A DNA stretch of 64,000 nucleotides, from positions 32,001 through 96,000 of the forward strand of contig CAVXZB010000064.1 in assembly GCA_963765895.1 (NCBI GenBank), read 5' to 3'. Positions 1 through 11,346 of the stretch are shown here, piece after piece. How positions within the stretch are numbered: position 1 is the stretch's first letter; each line of letters opens with the position of its first letter. Below the pieces are notes generated by a model. It was not told the DNA's origin, searched no databases, and saw nothing but the letters and a program-made list of their open reading frames with translations. This stretch comes from an uncultured Nitrososphaeraceae archaeon (GTDB taxonomy: Archaea > Thermoproteota > Nitrososphaeria > Nitrososphaerales > Nitrososphaeraceae). Both the position numbers and the translations under genes were made by a program.

Positions 1-390
1 ATGTTCCAAAAGCAGGCATTTGAAAATCTTTGCCGCAGCAACGGGATCGTTGCTTTGACACCACTATGGAATAGGGAACCAATTGAATACATGTACGAGC
101 TAATTAGAAATCGATTCGAATTTATCATTACCCGAGTATCAGCAATGGGATTGGATTTGCAGTGGTTAGGTAAATTGGTAGACATCAAAACCCTAGAGGA
201 ATTATCATCGCTAAGCAAAAAGAATGGTTTTCATATTTCCTTTGAAGGAGGCGAGGCGGAAACTTTAGTGGTTAGCTGCCCTTTATATCACAGTAAACGC
301 CTGGAAATCACAAAATGGTCTGTAATCTGGGATCACATGAGCGGTATATTAGAAATATCAGAGGCTGCATTAGTTACATGTGTGATTTAA
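1..390 (+). CDS. dph6: Diphthine--ammonia ligase (Dph6, ATP-binding DUF71 family), 5'-truncated by window
   Basis: PLW, WLGK and FEGGEAETLV motifs typical of Dph6; directly upstream of SRP54. Confidence 0.85.
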   Translation: MFQKQAFENLCRSNGIVALTPLWNREPIEYMYELIRNRFEFIITRVSAMGLDLQWLGKLVDIKTLEELSSLSKKNGFHISFEGGEAETLVVSCPLYHSKRLEITKWSVIWDHMSGILEISEAALVTCVI

Positions 391-1760
391 ATGTTTGACA
401 ATCTACGCACTAGCCTACGAACTGCCCTGAAGAAGGTTGTAGGCGCTTCTGATATTAATGAGGAGCTGATAGACTCTCTATGTAAGGATGTTCAGAGAGC
501 ACTTTTACAATCTGATGTGAATGTTAAACTAGTTATTACAATTACAAAGAATTTGAAAGATCGCGCACTAAATGAACAACCTCCTAAGGGCCTACCGCGA
601 AAAGATCATATTATCACTATCTTATATGATGAACTATCTAGGCTTCTTGGATATAGCGGCGAGACTATCAAAAATACCGATAAGTCCGCAGATATAGCTG
701 CTGATGCGTTGCCGTTACGCCCTGGAAAACAAAATGTAATTCTAATGTTAGGAATTCAGGGCAGCGGAAAAACTACCGTAACGTCTAAACTCGCACGATG
801 GCTAACAAAGTCTGGGTATCGCACTGGAGTAATAGGGGCCGACACTTGGAGACCAGGTGCATTGACCCAGCTCAAAATGAATTGTAGCAGAATAGATGTG
901 GAGGTGTATGGTGAAGAGACGAGCAAGGACGCAGTTGGAATAGTAAGCAACGGATTAAGACACTTCTTACCTGAAAACCTTGACGTGATACTGATCGATA
1001 CCGCAGGCAGACACAAGGATGAACTCGGTTTACTTGAAGAAATGAAATCAATGCATAGTGTATCCAAACCAGATCTAGTATTACTGGTTATCGACGGAAC
1101 TATTGGACAACAGGCGTATAATCAATCAAAAGCATTTCATGATGCAGCGCCAGTTGGTGGTATTGTCATAACTAAATTAGATGGAACGGCAAAGGGAGGA
1201 GGAGTAATTGCTGCCTTCAGCTGCCTACAGGCGCTAGAGTAATGTTTATAGGAACCGGCGAACGCATCGACGATTTAGAACTATTTTCTCCTACGAGGTT
1301 CGTTGGCAGATTACTCGGAATGGGTGATATCAAGGCTATACTTGACATGGCAAAGGGACTGGAATTGCAAGGGGATGAAAATCAGGCAAAGAGACTACTT
1401 AGTGGGAAAATGACAATCGAAGACTTTTACGCACAGATGGAGAATGTTGGTAAGATGGGATTTAGAAATGTAATTGACAACTTGCCTGGCCTTTCGGGTA
1501 TGGTTAAAGAGGATCATCTGGATGCAATGCAAGGAAAACTGGAAAAATGGAGGGTGATAATTCAGTCTATGACAAGAAATGAAAAAATGAATCCTGAAAT
1601 TGTAAATGATTCAAGGAGAAAACGGATAGCTAGAGGCTCTGGTTTAATGGAACACGACGTCAAGGATTTGATTAAGCAATATCACAATTCAAAATCAATG
1701 ATGAAACAAGCAAAAGGAAGACAGATGCAAGGAATGTTACGTAGGTTAGGTCTAGGTTGA
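391..1760 (+). CDS. srp54: Signal recognition particle protein SRP54, split by a frameshift near 1215-1242
   Basis: GIQGSGKTT, DTWRPGA, DTAGRH, TKLDGTAKGGG, then FIGTGE and the Met-rich M domain (RRKRIARGSG) in the second ORF. Confidence 0.95.
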
Positions 1761-1779
1761 TTCTGCTGAATGATGAAAT

Positions 1780-2863
1780 TTGAGACGAATATTCGAAAAC
1801 TCAATTTATCTATGTAAGGCGTGTAGATGCAGACAAGGGCTACCTAGTAGAAGATCATTCCATAAGTCATCTCTATGTTATATTTGCGCAGGAATGCTGG
1901 ATAAAATAAATGCGATAGCGCAAGAAATGTACACAGCGTTGGACGATCAATATGAATTTGATTCGTTCTTGATCGGCACCTCGCTGGCTACACAATTCAT
2001 CGAAAGAGAAGATGAGGTCAGGGCTAAATTTAAAATACGAGGCACGATGAGTATAAAAAATCATATAACAAATGCAGTTAGAAATAAGTTTCGAACCCTA
2101 ACCAGCGCTAGGGAAAAATTCGAAAAACCAGATCTTGTGATCATTCTAAATATCTTTTCGGATAAGACTTACAGCTTTACAGCCAAGTCAAAATCCATAG
2201 TAGCTGCTGGAAGATACACAAAAAATCAAAGGGGGGTATCTCAAAGAAGGCCTAAAGTTGAGGAGATCAATACTAGACTAGACGACGACAGTTCAAATTA
2301 CAAGAGTATCGAAGGAATCATCTCTGATAAAGTAATAGCCGATACTAAAGGAAGCGACATCAGATTTAGTTGGGTGGGTAGTGAAGACAAGAATAGCCTT
2401 GTATTAGGTAGGGGTAGGCCATTTTTTGTAGAAATTTTAAACCCTAAAAAGAGAACCTTTTCAAATAATACATTAATTATCAGTGAATCTGAAATTCAGG
2501 CTAGACTCGATATCCTTGATGAGGGTTTTCCCCGATCACCAACTAGATCCAGGACAGTTACGAAAATTTTGATTCATTGCTCGGAATCACTCTCAGAAAA
2601 GGATTTAAAGCAGACTAAATTCATTAGCGGGAACTACCGTAAAATTGAAAAATAGGCTTAGCTCAATAGAAAAAAAAATTTACTCAGTTTTGGTAGATAG
2701 GATTAATAGGTCGCAATTTTATCTAACAACAATTGCAGATAGTGGACTGCCAATTAAACAGTTTGTCGGTGGAATAGAGTATGCAAATCCGAATATCTCT
2801 ATGCTAATCGGTTCAAATTGTGAATGTATATCCTTTGATATTCTGGACGTAATCATTCAGTAA
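1780..2863 (+). CDS. pus10: tRNA pseudouridine(54/55) synthase Pus10, frameshift near 2610-2645
   Basis: N-terminal Cys cluster, GRYTKNQRGVSQ, GSED..SLVLGRGRPFFVEILNPKKR, GLPIKQFVGG and C-terminal FDILDV. Confidence 0.85.
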
Positions 2864-2900
2864 CGTTTTTTAGCTTAACCGCTGTAACGAGTGAGCGTAA

Positions 2901-3614
2901 TTGGATCCGTTAAAAATGGTACGAATTACAACGGATTCGGGTCAACTCCCTATAAGGGTTTACAGGCTTGTAAATAATAGATTTCATCTAGTAACACAGG
3001 GAATTTCACGTATAGAAAGAGCGACCGGGATAACATATCCGCTCTATTATATTGAACCCAGTCTCATAATCTCAACTTCTGCTATCGAGTCAGGACAATT
3101 TGGAATATTATTTGCGAGAACAATTCCGCTAGTAGTTGATAATGATTTAAGAATTGTTATTCAAATTACTGCACCTTTGATTACTTGCGGTCATATTGGA
3201 AGTATTCATGCAATATTAGCACACGAGTTTCTTCATTATCTCAAATTGATGAGTAAAATAATCAAAATGGACGTACTTTCCGATGAAATATCACGTACTT
3301 TCTTTGAGCAAAAATATATGGACCACTCTCGGACTATTCACGAAAAAGTTGTGTTTAAAAACGACCCTACTTTAATTCGTCATCTCTTAAGTAGATTTTC
3401 TACAGGATTCAAAGATACACGATTGGAGAATAGAGTAGTAAAAGAATGGATACATAAGCGTCTTCCCATGACAACTATTCCATTAGATTCAAACGTGACG
3501 AGATTACCAATTGATAAGATCGCTTCAGTTAAAATAGACCCTGATCTTAAAGAAAAAATATTCAAATTCGAAAGCCAACAGTTAAGCACTGGAAGACTAC
3601 GACACAATGCCTAG
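2901..3614 (+). CDS. Conserved hypothetical protein with HExxH zincin-like motif
   Basis: 237-aa ORF containing AILAHEFLHY. Confidence 0.6.
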   Translation: MDPLKMVRITTDSGQLPIRVYRLVNNRFHLVTQGISRIERATGITYPLYYIEPSLIISTSAIESGQFGILFARTIPLVVDNDLRIVIQITAPLITCGHIGSIHAILAHEFLHYLKLMSKIIKMDVLSDEISRTFFEQKYMDHSRTIHEKVVFKNDPTLIRHLLSRFSTGFKDTRLENRVVKEWIHKRLPMTTIPLDSNVTRLPIDKIASVKIDPDLKEKIFKFESQQLSTGRLRHNA

Positions 3615-5192
3615 CATTGCTAATGGAGAATTAAAAAAGATTAATGAGTGTATTAGCAAGGTAACGAGGGGTAATAATATTGCCGGAGTTTGCTTATACG
3701 GCTCAAGGGCGAGCTGGATACGCAAGTAGCGACAGTGACTATGACATTTTGGTCATTCTTGAGAATTATTCTCATATTGTAAAGTATCTATACAAGAAAA
3801 TACAAGGGCTTAGAATTTCTATTTTGATAGTTGATCTTCTATCAGTAGAGAAAGACGCAAAATACTCATTCCTTGGAGAGTTTGTTATAGGACGATTATT
3901 ACATGTATACGAACCAATATTAAATCCGGACCTTTTCGAAAGGCTTGAGAGAACCTATAAGAAACGAGTAATTGTCGAACAACTTGGTAGTGTAGCGAAA
4001 TCTTTGTCTAAGTTTAGTACCTGAGGTTTCGTTCCCGTTAGAGTACATAATGTTTTCGAAAATAAAGGATAGGTGTTCATTACATCCCAATGCAGTATAT
4101 AGCTTTTTGCAAACATATGTGGGAAAAAATGCCCCTAGAAATATCAAAATCGCGATTAAGGGATATCAAATGGCATTCCAAGAAATTATCAGTGACAACA
4201 GTCAGTTAGTAGATGTTACTGTAAATGGAAATATGTTGCGCTTGGTCAATTCACAACTTCGTACGAGTACCACCAGCAGAGGCATAAATTTCCAACTAGG
4301 AAAAAAATTTCACGAGTTAAGCTCGTATGCAATTCATGCTTATGCCGGAAGAAAAATATTACATTATATGATGCGAGAGACTCAATCCAAAATTAATAGA
4401 CAGAGACAACTTCCTTTTAAATTGCCGCGATTTATTAAAAGCCCAGAGGACTTTTATTGGAATATACCTGAAGGGAAGTTAATTTTCAACGGCACAAACT
4501 GGCTCCAAGAATACGCTAAATACAAAGGTTTTCAGAAATACGGGGTCGCAGTCAAGAGAAGATTAGGAAAAGCGCACAACGAAATATTGAAATACACAAT
4601 CTCCGATGATGATACAAAGTATCAGAAGTCTATCATTGTCAAGAATTTTGCTAGATCAAACATGGGTAGAAATCCAATTTTGGTTTCGTGGCTGACTTCA
4701 CAAAAGATACCCAGATCACATCCTCTGTTCCTGCTTGGGACTGAATACAAGGCATTGAGATATCTACGTAGCATTGGAATAAGGACACCATTGATCGAAT
4801 CCGTGGTGATTGGAAATCGCCTACTGGTAACAGAACACATCGAAGGAATGACTTTGGAAGCGCTTACTAATAATCTGCTTGCAGGGCGAAATCTGAGTTC
4901 ATTGTACTGGTTAGGGATTGCTGGAGAGGATATCGCGACGATCCATCTCAACCATTCAGCATTGGAAGGTGTTCGACCCGCGGATCTTATCATATCTGAC
5001 AAATCTATTTTTTTTACTGGCTTGGATCACCTTGAATTTCGTTCTGGTGATCTCAATTGGGATGCGATTCGGCTAATCGCTTGTGCTCTGGGGAAAACTT
5101 CGAACATCGACATGGCTAAAAAAATCGCTAGAACATACTTCAACGGCTACAAAAGAAAGATCGATAGTGCGGGACGCTTAGCACTCAGCTAA
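3607..5192 (+). CDS. Nucleotidyltransferase (Pol-beta/MNT fold) fused to a kinase-like C-terminal domain; two apparent frameshifts (~3705, ~4010-4030)
   Basis: ATG at 3607 reads MPSIANGELKKINECISKVTRGNNIAGVCLYGSR and continues in another frame as GYASSDSDYDILVI (GS..DxD motif); the C-terminal part has kinase-like IIVK, EYKAL, GIRTP, LVTEHIEG. Confidence 0.65.
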
Positions 5193-5283
5193 TTCCAATC
5201 GATATATCGAATCACTTAATTCAATTATTACTCGTCCGGTTGGAAAAATAATAGCTAACGAATTAGACAATTAAAATGTCTGC

Positions 5284-5499
5284 TTAGCTTTTACTGGTTT
5301 GTTTCTTCGACTCATCACTATGCCTAAATTCTGTAAAGCCACATTTACCGCACGTATTCCTATTCTTATGTTCAGCCATAAATACACCCCTCCCACATCT
5401 TGGACATTCCCGTCGACCCCTAATGAGTTTGTCGCCCTCAACCTTATAGAACTTGTATATTGATACCTCGCCAGCAGCAGACTTCTCCTTGCTAGGCAA
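5284..5499 (-). CDS. rps27ae: 30S ribosomal protein S27ae
   Basis: CPRCGRGVFMAEHKNRNTCGKCG zinc ribbon. Confidence 0.95.
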   Translation of the reverse strand: MPSKEKSAAGEVSIYKFYKVEGDKLIRGRRECPRCGRGVFMAEHKNRNTCGKCGFTEFRHSDESKKQTSKS

Positions 5500-5888
5500 T
5501 TATTTTTTCCCCTTTCCTGATGCTACTTTTGATCCTTTCGCTAGAGCTTGTTTAGCTTTTAGCCTAGCAGCTTTCTCGTCATCTATTATTTTCTTTCTTT
5601 CGTCCTTAGGTAGAGTTCTCAAGATTCTATATCGTGGAAGCAATGACTTTGCTTGTTCTAGACTGCCATAAACGTAAAAAATGCCATGTAAATCAGTTTT
5701 GCCTTTCTCCCCATTCATAGAAATTGGAATTACAGTTTTCGGATCCAAATTGTTCTTGTTCAGCTACCATCTGAGCTGCCTTCATTTCTTTTTATCTTTC
5801 CTGCGGCATTGCTAAATACAACACTGATTTCTCTTCTGCTTAATAGACTGTTATTACGATCGTTTAGGGTGAGAACTTCAATTGACAA
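5500..5888 (-). CDS. rps24e: 30S ribosomal protein S24e, frameshifted near 5760-5785
   Basis: TTG at 5888 gives MSIEVLTLNDRNNSLLSRREISVVF; C-terminal half in ORF 5500-5748; usual S24e-S27ae order. Confidence 0.85.
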
Positions 5889-6054
5889 ATCGAAATATGA
5901 AGATATTGTCTTTTATATATAAAGTTGTGCATTTCTGATTTAATCTCAATCGCTTGTTTAAATATTGTTGAGTCTAGTACTACGACAGCATGATATTGGC
6001 ATCACCTGTTTTATAAGATGTTATTACAAGTTTGACGAATCGAATCAAATAAAA

Positions 6055-6142
6055 CGGGTCCGACGGGCTTCGATCCCGTGCAGGCTGGCTTCGGAGGCCT
6101 ATGCCTTTATTCAGCACCCTCTCCTGACTGGGTCACGGACCC
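6055..6142 (-). tRNA. tRNA-Arg(CCG) with 13-nt intron at 29/30 (intron 6099-6111)
   Basis: Minus strand: acceptor GGGTCCG/CGGACCC-G, D stem ACCC/GGGT, anticodon stem CTG[intron]GC/GCCAG around loop CT-CCG-AA, T stem ACGGG/CCCGT; 75 nt after intron removal. Confidence 0.9.
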
Positions 6143-6319
6143 TATTCAAAATAGTGCGGAAGATTATTTAAAGAATAATATCGATAAACCGTTGGATCCA
6201 GATCTTTTATAAGTATCAGGGTTAATCCAAATATTATATACTATTATAATTTAAAATGATTATTATTACGAGAAGTTATTAAATAATGGTTATATATTTA
6301 ACATAACCTATATAGGTAT

Positions 6320-6691
6320 ATGTATGTTCGAATCGGAAATTTAGAAATTCTTGACTCATACATGAGTAGTATAGAGTTAGGCGATACTGTATCAGTCGAA
6401 GCATTAATAAGAAATCCACTTGATTGGCATCATTTTTATGAAAACCTTGCCTCGATTAAACCTGGAAGTGCCACACACTTCATCGTTGTCACTAGCAGTG
6501 GGGAACGCATCGCGGGGACCGGCAATATTGCAGAAATTGATAAGTGGAGCAACAAGGGTCAGTTTGGCTTTAAGATAAAATTGAGAACGAACAAGCGCAA
6601 ATCAGCAAGGACGAAGCGAGCTCAGCTGCAGACTTCAACTGGACTCCAAGAGAAGACACTGGAACATGGCATAGAAATTGTAGCTAGGTAG
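6320..6691 (+). CDS. Hypothetical protein
   Basis: 123-aa ATG ORF after an AT-rich promoter-like region; no recognised motif; the 3' end may be affected by a frameshift. Confidence 0.55.
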   Translation: MYVRIGNLEILDSYMSSIELGDTVSVEALIRNPLDWHHFYENLASIKPGSATHFIVVTSSGERIAGTGNIAEIDKWSNKGQFGFKIKLRTNKRKSARTKRAQLQTSTGLQEKTLEHGIEIVAR

Positions 6692-6885
6692 GATATCACT
6701 ATTTTTGGTGGAATGACCTGCCCTCGACGTCACCGCAAGATCTTTGCTAGATATTGCTGAACTATTTACTGAAGGCCAGAAATAGACTTTCGCACCCGGA
6801 ATTCGAATGGTCAATCGTATGCCGATTTATCAAATGGGATCGCTAATAATACTTATATCCCAAAAGACAAGTCAACGCATACTGA

Positions 6886-7599
6886 TTGGTGTCAATTAGA
6901 TATTTCGCAATTGATATAGATGGCACTCTAACAGAAAATGGCGGAGGGATTATCCATCTGCCTGCACTTGCCACTTTGCGATATCTTGAAAATCTTGGTT
7001 ATAAAATCATTTACGTAACTGGGAGATCCTCGGAAGAGGCGTATGTAATTGCAAGCTTTGGTGGAACGACAAAATTATCTGTAGGCGAAAACGGAGGAGC
7101 TGTGATGCTTGCGCCGCATCAATATATTCTATTGGCAGATAAAGCCGTCTGTAGGAGCGGATATGAAGTACTGCGTCACAATCTTAAGGGAGTAAAAATG
7201 AAACCAGTATTTAATCGACATACTGAGGTAGTTTTGTATAGAACATTTGATATCAAAGAAGGCCAAAGGATACTTGACCACAATAATCTGAATTTAAGCT
7301 TAGTCGATAGCATGTACGCTTACCATATTAATGAAAGGGGCATTCATAAGGGTACAGGCTTGGTAGAAGCACTACGGATCCTTGGAGGAAAACTCGAAGA
7401 AACAGTGGCTATAGGCGATAGCGAAACTGATGTGCCACTGTTTAGGATTTGTGGATTTAGTGTAGCATTAGGACAGGCAGCCGATAGCGTGAAGGCTGTT
7501 GCGAAATACGTTGTTTCGGAAAAACAAGGAAGAGGGCTAGTTCAGGCACTAAACCTAATAACCAACAAACATTTGGGAAGGCCCAAAAATGACATTTAG
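6886..7599 (+). CDS. HAD-family (Cof/TA0175-type) phosphoglycolate phosphatase
   Basis: DIDGTL, VTGR, ENGG, KGTG and AIGDSETD HAD motifs. Confidence 0.9.
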   Translation: MVSIRYFAIDIDGTLTENGGGIIHLPALATLRYLENLGYKIIYVTGRSSEEAYVIASFGGTTKLSVGENGGAVMLAPHQYILLADKAVCRSGYEVLRHNLKGVKMKPVFNRHTEVVLYRTFDIKEGQRILDHNNLNLSLVDSMYAYHINERGIHKGTGLVEALRILGGKLEETVAIGDSETDVPLFRICGFSVALGQAADSVKAVAKYVVSEKQGRGLVQALNLITNKHLGRPKNDI

Positions 7600-9514
7600 G
7601 ACAGCAATCGATGAGATCCGACAGATAATTGCTGGGGGTCTTAAGGATTTAGGCATTGATGGATTAAAATTTGACATTACACAGACATCAAGACCAGAAT
7701 TTGGAGATGTGGCAACTAATATGGCTTTCCTGATTGCCAAAAAGACAGGTCAAAAACCAACCGAGATAGCGAAGAATTTTGTTGAAAACCATATTAATCA
7801 GTATTTAGCCGCCTGCAAGACTGCGGGACGTCTTTCGCTAATAGAGTCAGCAAACCCCCACCTCGCTGGTTATATTAACTTCAAATTAAATGCCATAAAT
7901 CTTGCCTCGTCCACACTACCTGAGATATTGTTCAATCCGCATTACGCCGAACCTGATATAGGGAAAGGAGAGAGAGTAATTATCGAGCATACTAGTGTAA
8001 ATCCCAATAAAGCATTGCATATTGGCCATGTACGAAATCTCGTAATCGGAGACACCTTGTATAGATTGCTGCGGAGGACCAATCATAATCCAATTGTACT
8101 AAACTATATTGATGACTCCGGTCTACAGGTCGCAGATCTCGTGGTTGGATTCCTTTTCGCTGGATTCCAAATGGACTCTAACAAATCTCTGAAATTTGAT
8201 ATATATTGTGGTGATGAAGTATATGTAAAAATAAACGAGTTATATACCACAGACCAGAACTTAGCAGAAAAAAGAAGGTATGTGTTGAGAGAAATGGAAC
8301 TAGGAAAATCAGATATTGCGAGATTCGCGTTGAATATTAGTCAAAGAGTCTTGGCAGACCAGCTGAAGACATGTTGGAGATTAAAAGCTCGTTACGACCT
8401 ACTTAGCTTCGAATCTCATATACTTGCCTCTAGACAATGGACCAAGACGTTAGAAATCCTAAAGGATAAGGGAGTCCTAGTTCTAGAAACGCAAGGGAAG
8501 AATAAGGATTGTTGGATAATAAGAAGCAACCTGACTGATGACAAGGTCGTCGTCAGAAGCGACGGGACCGCTACTTATATCGCAAAGGACATACCGTTTG
8601 CCCTCTGGAAATTAGGATTGATCCCAGACTATTCAAATTATTATAAATTTGCTAATCAATGGGATAATTCAGTGATCTGGGCCACAACACTTGTTCCAGA
8701 TTCCTATTCAGGAGATCATCCCAAATTTAATTCAGCCGAACTAGCAGTCACTATCATAGATTCCAGACAATCAAAATTACAGGACTTGGTCTCTTATGTA
8801 ATCTCGAAGATACAGGAAACCGACACAAAAGAATATCGCCACTTAGCCTACGAACCTGTAACGCTAAGTTCCAACACTGCAAAAATGATAGGGTTAGATA
8901 TCGGACAAAAAGACTTTGCACATATGTCTGGTAGAAAAGGAGTTGTTGTAAATGCTGATTATGTTCTTGACATTCTACACAGCAAGGCATTGGAAGAAAT
9001 AAAAAAACGACGTAATAATGCTGAAGACACCTCATTACGATCTAGCGCCGAAAGCATTGCAATATCTGCGCTGAGGTATAACCTCATAAAGCAAGACCTA
9101 GATAAAATGATTACCTTTGACATTACTGACTCACTGAGCCTCGAAGGTGACACAGGACCCTATTTGCAATATGCTTATGCGAGATCTCAAAGAATTTTGG
9201 AAAAATCCAATGTGGAATTATCGACTATTAATTTTGAGCTCTTGTATGAAGAATCAGAAATTTCGTTATTAATGGATATCACAAAATTTGACATGATAAT
9301 AGAGGATGCTACGAAAAATCTAAATCCGAAGGTCTTAGCAAGATATGCATATAGATTAGCAGTAAAATTCAACTATTTTTATGAAAAAGTTCCAGTCTTG
9401 CGGGAAGCAGACCCAAAAAAAGTTGTATTGAGATTGGCTTTAGTTAAATCTTTCGAAGTCACTATGAAGAACGTCTTTGATATACTAGGAATAGCCGCCC
9501 TTGCTCTTATGTAG
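7589..9514 (+). CDS. argS: Arginine--tRNA ligase
   Basis: EHTSVNPNKALHIGHVRN (HIGH), MSGRKG, GDTGPYLQYAYAR. Confidence 0.97.
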   Translation: MTFRTAIDEIRQIIAGGLKDLGIDGLKFDITQTSRPEFGDVATNMAFLIAKKTGQKPTEIAKNFVENHINQYLAACKTAGRLSLIESANPHLAGYINFKLNAINLASSTLPEILFNPHYAEPDIGKGERVIIEHTSVNPNKALHIGHVRNLVIGDTLYRLLRRTNHNPIVLNYIDDSGLQVADLVVGFLFAGFQMDSNKSLKFDIYCGDEVYVKINELYTTDQNLAEKRRYVLREMELGKSDIARFALNISQRVLADQLKTCWRLKARYDLLSFESHILASRQWTKTLEILKDKGVLVLETQGKNKDCWIIRSNLTDDKVVVRSDGTATYIAKDIPFALWKLGLIPDYSNYYKFANQWDNSVIWATTLVPDSYSGDHPKFNSAELAVTIIDSRQSKLQDLVSYVISKIQETDTKEYRHLAYEPVTLSSNTAKMIGLDIGQKDFAHMSGRKGVVVNADYVLDILHSKALEEIKKRRNNAEDTSLRSSAESIAISALRYNLIKQDLDKMITFDITDSLSLEGDTGPYLQYAYARSQRILEKSNVELSTINFELLYEESEISLLMDITKFDMIIEDATKNLNPKVLARYAYRLAVKFNYFYEKVPVLREADPKKVVLRLALVKSFEVTMKNVFDILGIAALALM

Positions 9515-9749
9515 CGTTCTGAACAAAACTATACTTTACGACGCAGAAGTTCCTTATAATACAATAATTGGTTTCTATTGAAATTCTAATTAATACTCCA
9601 CTATTCGTCATCATAAATTGAGTATAGTCAAGCTTGTTTAAGAGATTTTGTTACTGTTGAGATGATTCTGTTATGTATTTTGGTTACGATTTGCTTCAGA
9701 CAAAACGAAAGTTTTTGGAATCCAAATATTAGCTTTCTCACACCAACAT

Positions 9750-10478
9750 CTATGACGCTATTAGAAAAGAATTAGACTTTGAGGATCTCTGATACCCCTT
9801 ATGGTAAGCTTCTACAAATATTGTTGCTTTTCCAAGAGCGGTGCCATTTGCAACATGTACTGAACTAGACATTATCCCAGAACTATTGGTCAAGCCAGAG
9901 AAAAATGAAGTCGAAATCCCTGACGAAGCGGATACCCATCCGTCGATGCTTGCTTTTTCTAACCCCTTCTTCGTCAATTTATCAACTACTGTTATAGTGA
10001 TAGTTTGATTATCCCCTGCACGAATCGTATTCTTTGCAATTTGGATTGTAATCGCAGAACCATTTAGCTGAGTTATTGTAGCATCTATAAAAGCCTTGTC
10101 AGCTGCGACTGCAGCCAATGCTCCTATGTTGATCCCCTCGTACGTCGTAATAGGTATTCCTCGGTACTATTAGATAGTGGTCTGGCAATCGAGCCATTCA
10201 AGAGCGAGGTATCAGTTCCCACTGCGAGCTAACGCTCCTATATTGGGACCTACTTCTAGGTATTGATCTGAGTCAGAAATTTTCCTGGGAATTACGGCAT
10301 AAACATTTAGAATAAAATGGTGATCACCAAATGACGAATGCGCGGATGTATTAATTGAAACAGGCTTGTGTATTGATACTAAAGGTGGCTTCGCTGCAAT
10401 CAAGTGATCATACGAGATAACGTAAGACAGAAAAAAGAAAAGAAATATAAATCCTGCGATCGTAGAACGGTTTTTCAC
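9750..10478 (-). CDS. Secreted/surface protein with an internal repeat and Ig-like C-terminus; probably one gene with two frameshifts
   Basis: Signal peptide MKNRSTIAGFIFLFFFLS; the sequence between the two ORFs can be read through, giving two copies of an NIGALAAV motif; beta-rich C-terminus. Confidence 0.55.
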
Positions 10479-10737
10479 TTATGTCTAGTCTTACACTTTA
10501 TTATAAATATGTTCTCCAGCAAAGAAATTGGGAATAGTCCTAATGAATCTTATCTATCTATTTAGTTTAGATGATTTTTAACCTGTAAATGACAAACCAT
10601 ATTAATCTGTATGTTACAAACTATAAAAGGTCTAAACCTATTCAGTTAGTAGCAAGAACAATTTAAATTACTACTTACGTGAATTTAAAAGGAGATGGTA
10701 TACTGATTCATGATATGCCAGCACTGCAACTTCTTTC

Positions 10738-11346
10738 TCACTTTACTATGACGAATGAATCAAATATTTTCTTTGCAATTGAATTATCGAATTGTCTTGA
10801 AGGAGCAGCTGAATATGTTAGAATATAATCTTTACCGTCTTTAAGTGTCCACACTTGCATCTGCTTTACCAATGTTTGGCCATCATTCAATTTGTAAATA
10901 ATCTGAATTGCTGGGTTAGCTGAAAGAGTTGTCCTATTTATCTGATCTAAAGTAAAGTTACTGAATTGATGGGCGAGCAAGGCGATACCTGCTGTAGTAT
11001 AATTCTGAAGCGATGTTCTGTTATTGGAGAGTTTACCAATTACTAAATTAACGTTTTGCGTATAGGCCGATATATTGTTGTATCCATAAGAGTACAGGTT
11101 TGCCACAATAGAATGATTTGAGATGTTTCCTATATTTTCAACTGAATTCCAATTGCTGGGATACTTTAATCTTATTCCATATTTTGGATTATCGTATGTC
11201 TTGAAGTCTTGCGCTGAAACTGGACTTGATGATTGATTTTTTACGGCCGCTGTAGCATAATCTAGGGTGACAACCTGCATATTTGAAACGCTGAAAAAAA
11301 ATAGAAAACTAATCAAGATAGTGAGCTGAAGCTTTAGTTGAACCAA
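10738..11346 (-). CDS. PsbP-related secreted protein
   Basis: Signal peptide; FKTYDNPKYGIRLKYPSNW and KDYILTYSA...IFDSF typical of PsbP/Mog1p-fold archaeal proteins. Confidence 0.75.
   Translation of the reverse strand: MVQLKLQLTILISFLFFFSVSNMQVVTLDYATAAVKNQSSSPVSAQDFKTYDNPKYGIRLKYPSNWNSVENIGNISNHSIVANLYSYGYNNISAYTQNVNLVIGKLSNNRTSLQNYTTAGIALLAHQFSNFTLDQINRTTLSANPAIQIIYKLNDGQTLVKQMQVWTLKDGKDYILTYSAAPSRQFDNSIAKKIFDSFVIVK

Noticed and set aside
5965-6171. 68-aa ORF
   Set aside because: It is the antisense shadow of the tRNA-Arg gene
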